This document shows, one piece after another, positions 26,801 through 31,643 of a stretch of DNA of 32,319 bases (position 1 is the stretch's first letter; each line of letters starts with the position of its first letter). The DNA comes from Verrucomicrobiota bacterium. GTDB lineage: Bacteria > Verrucomicrobiota > Verrucomicrobiia > Limisphaerales > UBA9464. The position numbers were made by a program, and so were the translations under genes. The notes beneath the pieces are model-generated. The model was not told the DNA's origin, made no database searches, and saw only the letters and a list, made by a program, of their open reading frames with translations. Location of the stretch: contig JAYTHD010000117.1 in assembly GCA_043732975.1 (NCBI GenBank), positions 1 through 32,319 on the forward strand, in the 5' to 3' direction.

Positions 26801-27178
26801 CTTTTCGGGCTGCGCCAGTTGATTGGTGATTTGACGGAAAAGTTCCGGCGGCTGATTGAGCCAGGCCAGCCCCACCAGTTCCGCCGCCAGTTCGGGATGC
26901 TCCAGCCAGGGCGATTGCCAATGGGCGTCCGCCACCAGGCGCACCTCACGCCGCAGCCATTCCGCCAGGGATTTCGCCGCCGCCTCGGTCCGCTCGGATT
27001 CGTCGCCCTCGACCGTGACGATCAATTCATTCGCACCGGCGAAATGGCGTTGATACAACTGCAATCCACGAACCACGGGCAAGTCCCCGGGCAGCAGATT
27101 GAGCACGTCGACATCAAAACGCAGTCGTGCCAGGCCGACGATCACGGGGATCAGGAGCAGCCAGAGCCACCGTCTCAT
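23885..27178 (-). CDS. Fusion protein: MMPL/RND-type exporter (N-terminal ~800 aa) plus LpxL/HtrB-type lysophospholipid/lipid A acyltransferase domain (C-terminal ~300 aa)
   Basis: 1097-aa uninterrupted ORF with an ATG start. The N-terminus MRRWLWLLLIPVIVGLARLRFDVDVLNLLPGD and two clusters of TM helices separated by soluble domains are MMPL-like. The C-terminus has an extra TM helix and then VLLVTLHLGNWELGGP (an HxxxxE acyltransferase motif) and LLDRPAG...ELFGRPFPVSNAAAELARASGCAVLPV, typical of lauroyl/myristoyl acyltransferases. Confidence 0.8.
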   Translation of the reverse strand: MRRWLWLLLIPVIVGLARLRFDVDVLNLLPGDLPVVRGLQLYQRHFAGANELIVTVEGDESERTEAAAKSLAEWLRREVRLVADAHWQSPWLEHPELAAELVGLAWLNQPPELFRQITNQLAQPEKVLAETRERLANSMSPEEIARSSFDPFGLTRLPLAGSELESFGRGDPMFAASDGLFRVIFVKPATPLGGYPECAAWIAAVRQKIAAWEASEGKGAVRVHFTGRPAFVAEIAAGMERDIRNSVLGTLVIIALLFGWAYRSWRPLLWLVVLLTATLVGTLALGGLLIGTLNVVSLGFAAILLGLVVDYGLVVYQEALANPGQTAAEVRRHSGSGILWSAITTAGAFLILNLSALPGLGQLGTLVALGIGVGAVVMTYVFLPIVLTRLDRASAAGSSVPGPRSPEASPFKRFRWGPLMGTVLVLAGSGVILMRGLPPVSHSADPLRPLHSEAYTAAERLNERLGEHRIPLWLVITGRDESAMARRLQALRPILQSAVSNQVLSQVLLPDLLWPQPENQRSNQETARWLVHELPNLQAAATRAGFTSNALWLTRELGSVWSRAGAGIQPVWPTNAASTWTLERFVARGGEGFLIAGLAYAGDGVQSERGLPKLMQELSANGAWMTGWTLLGEALLGRVEGDLGRVLAPMLALLLLSLWFAFRRWGEVLLSVAALLVAALVLLVVMRLAGWSWNLLNFMAVPLLLGSGVDYGIHQQLTLRRFAGDQRRAWQSTGRALLLCAATTVVGFGSLVSSGNGGLASLGAVCATGIAASFLVAVGLLPGWWLAIYGQGGDKAPDRPSTLYGRWAWQAGLLAVRVLPSGLVTLVGGLVARVYWGLQPARRGVVVENLLPLCGDDPARANAAAFRLVKNFARKVTDLWRFEGGGAVLPAFRKLEGWERFEAAQAGGRGVLLVTLHLGNWELGGPILTHKGHRLLALSNPEPDSRLTQLRQAARARWGVETLIVGDEPFAFVEVIRHLGQGTAVALLLDRPAGRNAVAVELFGRPFPVSNAAAELARASGCAVLPVVILHDGVGYTARILPEVGYDRAALGDRERRRLFTGEILRAFEPSLRQFPDQWYHFVPVWPRTGAPEKRSK

Positions 27179-27657
27179 GGCGTCAGGAAACCATCAAAAC
27201 TCTCGCCCGAACCCGCATTCGAGAGGCGCCAATTTCCATCCACCTTTTGCTCCATCCGCCACGGGGGTGTTGGCCGTCGACCGGCCAGGGCCGTCGCCAA
27301 TTGGAGCCAGCCCACCCGTGCTGGCGGCTCGCCCCGGGCCGAATACCGGGCGCCGGTGACCGCCTCGATCCGCCAGCCACGCCGGGTCAGATGCACCGCG
27401 ACAAAAGGCAACCCGGCTTTGGAGACATCCAGCGAGGCTTCCCCCGTGCTGCGGGTCCACAACTGCAAATCGATCACCACTGCCGCTTGACCCTGCGCCG
27501 GCGTCCACGCGGCCTGCCCTTCGTGCCGTACTGCCGCAACCGGTGTCGTCTCCTCCACGGGCATTGGCGCCGAGCGACAACCCGTCAGCAGCAACCCCAG
27601 CGCCACGGCCCGGAAAATGGTGCGGCGACGGACAAGAAGAAACCACGCCGGGAACAC
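27175..27657 (-). CDS. Small lipoprotein of unknown function (positional analogue of DUF3261/LolB-like lipoproteins in aryl-polyene clusters)
   Basis: Lipobox LLLTGC preceded by RRRTIFRAVALG. Start assigned to the in-frame GTG at 27657, 26 nt after the halogenase stop; the track ORF extends to 27762, inside the upstream gene. The stop overlaps the MMPL start (ATGA at 27175-27178). Family assignment is by synteny only. Confidence 0.55.
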   Translation of the reverse strand: MFPAWFLLVRRRTIFRAVALGLLLTGCRSAPMPVEETTPVAAVRHEGQAAWTPAQGQAAVVIDLQLWTRSTGEASLDVSKAGLPFVAVHLTRRGWRIEAVTGARYSARGEPPARVGWLQLATALAGRRPTPPWRMEQKVDGNWRLSNAGSGESFDGFLTP

Positions 27658-27683
27658 CGTCGCGGTGGCAGGAAGAGTCACGA

Positions 27684-28940
27684 TCAATCGAAGCGAATGC
27701 GCGGCACCAACGGGCGGCGCGCATGAAGTTGGATCAGCCCGAAAAAGACGCGCATGCGCCACCGGATCGCCCAGCGGCCCGACAACTCCCCGGCCAGCGC
27801 GGCGTTCACTGCGGCCGGAATGTCCAGGCGCTCGCGGGGTTCCATGAGCATTTCGATGAAGGGTTGCGTGTAAAACTTCGTCCCCATTTCCCAGTAGAAT
27901 CGCAAGGCACCAAACGTGCGCCGCTCATAACGCCAGAAACGCCAGCGGGAAGTCCAGGGCGATCGCAAAGATCCCTCAATCGCCTGGGCGGCCAATTTGC
28001 CGGAGAACATTGCCAAAAAAACTCCCGCGGAAAAAATCGGATCCATGAACCCAGCCGCGTCGCCCACCCGCATCAGTCGTGGGCCGACCAACCGCCGATT
28101 GTAATAGGAAAACTCACCCGTGGTTCGGAATTCTCCCACGGGCGTCGCGTCCTTCATCCGCCGGGCGACCTCGGGACTCGCCGCGGCCAGGCGCTGAAAA
28201 ATCTCCGCCGCCGGCAGTTTCGCGGCACTGAACTCGGCCGCCTCCAGCACACAGCCGACGCTCACCTTGGTCGCAGAAATCGGGATAAACCAAAACCACT
28301 TGTCCTGCAAACGCACGACGATGGTATCCCCCGACTTCTCCCCGGCCTCCCGGAACACCCCGGAAAAATGCGCGAACACCGCCACTTTCCGGTGGTTCGC
28401 ATGCCACACGCGCGTACCCTCCTGATTGCCGGTCAGATTGGTCCGGCCCGTGGCATCGACCACATAGCGCGCCTCCAGTCGATGACTCGCTCCGTCCCGA
28501 TCGGTGGCCTCGACCACCATCCGATCCCCCGGATTTTCCACACGCCGGCACTCCCAGCCCTCGCGCACATCGACTCCCCGGGCCGCGGCATTCTTCAGCA
28601 GGATGTCGTCGAACACCGACCGTTCCACCTGAAACGTCTCGCCCTCCCGGGTGAAGCACCCTTCGCGAAACACGAGCTTGAGCGACTTCCGTCCATTGCC
28701 GAGATGAAATTGTGCACCGGTCTTCCGCGGAAATCCGGCTGCCTCGAGCGCCGGCAGCACGCCCAGTTCCTTAAACATCGGCCAGGTATACGGCAGCAGC
28801 GATTCCCCGATGTGAAACCGCGGAAAAACCTCGCGCTCCAGCAGCACGACCCGTCGACCCGTCGAACCCAGAAACGCGGCGGCGGTACTGCCGCCCGGTC
28901 CGCCCCCCAGGACAATCGCATCGTGAACCAAGTCTGTCAT
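27684..28940 (-). CDS. Flavin-dependent halogenase (FAD-dependent, phenol/pyrrole-type)
   Basis: ATG at 28940 gives MTDLVHDAIVLGGGPGGSTAA (GxGxxG). Also present: FPRFHIGESLLP, a candidate catalytic Lys in FPRKTGAQF, the halogenase-diagnostic WxWxIP motif as WFWFIP, and VGDAAGFMDPIFSAG. The track ORF to 29258 adds 106 implausible residues. Confidence 0.8.
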   Translation of the reverse strand: MTDLVHDAIVLGGGPGGSTAAAFLGSTGRRVVLLEREVFPRFHIGESLLPYTWPMFKELGVLPALEAAGFPRKTGAQFHLGNGRKSLKLVFREGCFTREGETFQVERSVFDDILLKNAAARGVDVREGWECRRVENPGDRMVVEATDRDGASHRLEARYVVDATGRTNLTGNQEGTRVWHANHRKVAVFAHFSGVFREAGEKSGDTIVVRLQDKWFWFIPISATKVSVGCVLEAAEFSAAKLPAAEIFQRLAAASPEVARRMKDATPVGEFRTTGEFSYYNRRLVGPRLMRVGDAAGFMDPIFSAGVFLAMFSGKLAAQAIEGSLRSPWTSRWRFWRYERRTFGALRFYWEMGTKFYTQPFIEMLMEPRERLDIPAAVNAALAGELSGRWAIRWRMRVFFGLIQLHARRPLVPRIRFD

Positions 28941-29217
28941 TTCCCACGCCAGAGGTATGCCAGCGCACCCCCATTCGCGAGGACTATCGGGTCGGAATGC
29001 AGAACCGCCCCTTCGTGATTCCATTTCCCGAATGCACCGGCCGCACCGCACGACACCTCGTCCGCCGGCAAGTGCCAGGCCACCGCGCAATTGCGCAAAC
29101 GGGATGGAGGCAGGAATCTTCTGCTGAAGGAAAACAACGTGATTTGACGCTCTTGGGTGTTGAAGAAGTCCAGCCGAGAAAGGGTCGGAGGCTGTCCCCG
29201 GGAATGGTTTACTTGCC

Positions 29218-29249
29218 TCTCCGCGTCTCCGCGTCTCCGTGCCTCCGCG
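29218..29249. repeat. Four tandem copies of an 8-bp unit (TCTCCGCG, TCTCCGCG, TCTCCGTG, CCTCCGCG)
   Basis: Read directly from the sequence in the intergenic region between the halogenase operon and tRNA-Glu. Confidence 0.8.
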
Positions 29250-29317
29250 TGAGCCCACCGACCGTCAGAAGAATTATGTCGAACACCCAATTGTGCAATC
29301 CGGCCGCCCAAGGCGGA

Positions 29318-29346
29318 TTGACACCACCGGAGCCGGCCTTTAAGGG
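29318..29346 (+). promoter_or_regulatory. Candidate sigma70-type promoter for tRNA-Glu
   Basis: TTGACA (29318-29323), a 17-nt spacer, then TAAGGG (29341-29346). The tRNA 5' end lies 10 nt downstream. The -10 element is weak. Confidence 0.35.
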
Positions 29347-29356
29347 TGACGGCGTT

Positions 29357-29431
29357 GGCGTGCTCGTCTATCGGTTAGGACACGGCCCTCTCAAGGCTGA
29401 AAGACGGGTTCGATTCCCGTGCGCGCTACCA
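29357..29431 (+). tRNA. tRNA-Glu (anticodon CTC), CCA encoded
   Basis: GGCGTGCTCGTCTATCGGTTAGGACACGGCCCTCTCAAGGCTGAAAGACGGGTTCGATTCCCGTGCGCGCTACCA aligns arm-for-arm with canonical bacterial tRNA-Glu (TCGTCTA...AGGACAC...). The anticodon loop is CTCTCAA and the T loop is TTCGATT. The acceptor stem contains two G-U pairs, including 1:72. Confidence 0.85.
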
Positions 29432-29451
29432 ACGTTGAATATCAACGTTTT
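29431..29451 (+). terminator. Hairpin directly after tRNA-Glu (possible weak intrinsic terminator)
   Basis: AACGTTGA-ATA-TCAACGTT is a perfect 8-bp stem with a 3-nt loop that runs into TTTT. The stem is AT-rich, so strength is doubtful. Confidence 0.35.
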
Positions 29452-29608
29452 AAGATAGAACACCCCAGCTAGCGCTAACTCCCAGCGCTAACACGTCCCC
29501 CTAAGTCGGGTATGTTTGCGGATGTCTGGAATTCAGGGGAAACCGGCCAGTTGACAGCCACGCAACGCCACCAAGACGCCAGGAAATCCCGCCATTGAAT
29601 CTCAATGA

Positions 29609-30176
29609 ATGCCGGCCGGCATCCGGCCCGACGAGCTGGCCCGGCTGACGTGGGAATCTGTCGACCTCGGGCGGGGGCTGGTGACCATCGATGCCGCAAC
29701 GAGCAAGGTCCGCAGGCGCCGGATCGTGCCGCTGGCGGCGAGGGCGTTGGTGCTGCTCGATGGCGTGGTTCCTGCAGTTTGTAAACCGTTGGAAATCAAT
29801 GAGAAATCTGAAACCATAAAGCCCGCGTCAGGCCCAATTCTTCGACGGAGCCCTATCGACGCTCCGGAGACGCCGCCGGGAGCTGGCGATACACCTTGGG
29901 ATCCGCTGGCAGGCCGACCTCCTGCGACACACGGCCGCGTCCTACCTGATGGCCCGGGACAAGGGCGCTGGGAAAGTTGCGGAGATGCTTGGGAATTCGC
30001 CGCAGATCCTGCTTACGCGCTACCGGGAGCTGGTGGGCCCGGAGGCGGCGGAGCGGTTTTGGGGGCGCGAAAGCGGCACGAACATAGCTAAAAAATTAGA
30101 TTTCTGTTCGTGCTCAACACGTTACGAGTCTGGCGTAGCCGTGAAAAGTGTGACAGTGTTCATGTGTGAACACTGA
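29609..30176 (+). pseudogene. Tyrosine recombinase/integrase, C-terminal catalytic part only, frameshifted
   Basis: The first frame gives AGIRPDELARLTWESVDLGRGLVTIDAATSKVRRRRIVPL (box I Arg region) and is preceded by an in-frame TGA at 29606-29608. A different frame, open only after TAA at 29817-29819, gives FFDGALSTLRRRRRELAIHLGIRWQADLLRHTAASYLMARDKGAGKVAEMLGNSPQILLTRYREL (box II and the Tyr nucleophile, with GNS in place of GHS). The N-terminal ~200 aa are absent. Confidence 0.75.
30155..30174. promoter_or_regulatory. Perfect 20-bp palindrome (AGTGTTCA-TGTG-TGAACACT), candidate operator or hairpin
   Basis: Read directly from the sequence. It sits at the integrase-remnant stop, covers the GTG 30166 start of the first islet ORF, and lies 31 nt upstream of the ATG at 30205. 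A related GTGTGACA occurs just upstream at 30148. Confidence 0.3.
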
Positions 30177-30600
30177 ATGCCCATCGCTCGATAGCGCTCT
30201 CTACATGGAGAGCAATTGGAACGAGCTGACCCTGATGGAGGAAAAGCTGAATTCACTCGAAGCTAGTGAGCCAGCCTCTTGCGAGGAATTCAGCTTTCGC
30301 GTGAACACAGTTCGAGAGGTGATCCGTCCGATGTACAGGGCTATTTCGTTCGCGGCGAAACTGTCTGGAGATCCAGCCAAATCAGCCGAACACTGGGCCT
30401 GCTTTATAAAGGTGGCTGATTTTGCTTTGAGGATTCTTAAGGGCGCGAGGGAAAAGTTTCCGCATTGCGGAGCGCCAGAACTATTTGACATGGCTCTGGA
30501 GTACCGCCACGCCGCAAAGGTAAAGCTGGACCAAAGCATAGAGGATGAAGCATGCAGCAAAATACAGATCCCGAATGGCTTGTTTCAAACGAACAGCTAG
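30166..30600 (+). CDS. Hypothetical protein (orphan, islet ORF A; start uncertain)
   Basis: 144 codons from GTG 30166; alternative ATGs lie at 30205 and 30235. The amino-acid composition is protein-like (K/E/F/N/I-rich and helical), unlike the R/G/P-rich shadow ORFs elsewhere. I recognised no family. Confidence 0.5.
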   Translation: MNTECPSLDSALYMESNWNELTLMEEKLNSLEASEPASCEEFSFRVNTVREVIRPMYRAISFAAKLSGDPAKSAEHWACFIKVADFALRILKGAREKFPHCGAPELFDMALEYRHAAKVKLDQSIEDEACSKIQIPNGLFQTNS

Positions 30601-30839
30601 CCCAGCTGGCGAAATGGTTCGAGTTATTCGAGTTTGCGGAGCCTCATGAAGGGAGTCTAACTAAATCGAAAGAGGCAAAGTGGCAATTTGACAGCGAAAT
30701 TGAAAGGCTGTATCGCGACGTTGTTTACCCGGCTCAAAAAGACAACTTGGCCCTTACTCTTTCTTGCTTCACGAGTCACGTTAGGAACAAATGTCGCAAG
30801 CTGGTGGCGTCGAAGGCCCGGAAGCAAATCACCTTGTAA
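30552..30839 (+). CDS. Hypothetical protein (orphan, islet ORF B)
   Basis: 95 aa. The ATG is preceded by GAGGA (30541-30545) with a 6-nt spacer. It overlaps ORF A by 49 nt in another frame, has a basic C-terminus (RNKCRKLVASKARKQ), and is followed 17 nt later by a strong terminator. Confidence 0.6.
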   Translation: MQQNTDPEWLVSNEQLAQLAKWFELFEFAEPHEGSLTKSKEAKWQFDSEIERLYRDVVYPAQKDNLALTLSCFTSHVRNKCRKLVASKARKQITL

Positions 30840-30856
30840 CTTTTTGGAGCTTCCCC

Positions 30857-30886
30857 AGCGCGACTCACAAAGTCGCGCTTTTTTTC
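30857..30886 (+). terminator. Rho-independent terminator
   Basis: AGCGCGACT-CACAA-AGTCGCGCT is a perfect 9-bp GC-rich stem followed by TTTTTTT (30880-30886). Confidence 0.85.
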
Positions 30887-31643
30887 GGGCGCCCCACCAA
30901 TCCGATCTGCCCAGAGTCGCGCCGGTACTTGGCCGCCCGTCGCTTCCGACCCGATGGCCAGAGCGGCGAGAGCCGGACGCAAATAACCCGGACGCTGTGG
31001 CCCGGGGTTCGTAGCAGTCGCCGCCCCCTACACTGCCCATCCCGTCGGCGGGTACTCGGGGGCGCCCGGCGCGCTTCGCTGCTTTCAGTACGTCAACGGG
31101 CACTTCGAGAATTCCCGGCGCATTCGTCACGCTGGCAGCGAGGTCGCTGAGTGCCCGAGGGGCGGCTTTCGTGTGTGGCTTTGATTTTTGATGAGACATA
31201 TCGTTAGAGGTCACTTGCGCGTAACCCGCTTCAATGCCGGTTTTGAATAGATTCCTTGACGGGGGGCGCCATCGGTGACCGTGGATGGAGTCCATACGCG
31301 CAACCCCACTGGTGACGCCAGGACGGCCCGCCAAGGCGTCGGATCCGGCGGCGAGGGTGAACGGAGACGTGCCGGGATCCGGAGCCCTTCAAAGCGAAAA
31401 GCCCACCGGGGTGTCGCTCATTACTTGGGGGTTTTTTTGTCTTTATTTCGTGCGGAAAGAGAGCGGCCTGTTCGCGGACCCTGCGACGATCCCGTCGGTA
31501 AGAGGTTCCCTTGATGTTCCCGAAGCGCCCGCCGCGGTCCTGCCAGACTTCGCAGGTCCCCCATGGCAGAAACTTGGCGGAAAGCGCCCAAGCTGTCGGC
31601 AACGGCAAACGGACCACCCGGCGGCAGGTGCCGTGGTCGATCC

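Larger units (their letters stand above)
29432..30886 (+). mobile_element. Remnant of a tRNA-Glu-associated integrative element (decayed integrase plus low-GC two-gene cargo); right boundary not defined by a repeat
   Basis: A tyrosine-integrase fragment lies directly 3' of a tRNA gene. 30090-30850 is visibly AT-richer: my hand counts of 60-nt lines gave about 45-55% GC, against well above 60% in flanking lines. I could not find an attR copy of the tRNA 3' end. Confidence 0.45.

Noticed and set aside
23936-29018. Several long ORFs overlapping the lipid operon (23936-25156 +, 26180-27490 +, 27543-29018 +, 24531-25763 -, 28114-28659 -)
   Set aside because: All lie antisense to, or out of frame with, the MMPL-acyltransferase and halogenase genes. 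They are Arg/Pro/Gly/Gln-rich and carry no motifs.
29085-29096. 12-bp palindrome GCGCAATTGCGC upstream of the halogenase operon
   Set aside because: It is isolated, with no second site and no recognisable promoter elements around it, and short GC-rich palindromes are common. It may be worth remembering if a regulator is found, but it is not supportable as a feature.
30657-31334. 225-aa minus-strand ORF overlapping islet ORF B and the terminator
   Set aside because: It reads through the strong plus-strand terminator hairpin and is antisense to ORF B. It is mostly G/R/S/P-rich. Only its central ~50 residues look protein-like, and those are covered in the finding for 30887-31643.
31039-31498. 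10-bp direct repeat ATCCCGTCGG at 31039-31048 and 31489-31498
   Set aside because: It is a single short GC-rich 10-mer pair with no extended flanking similarity, which is compatible with chance.
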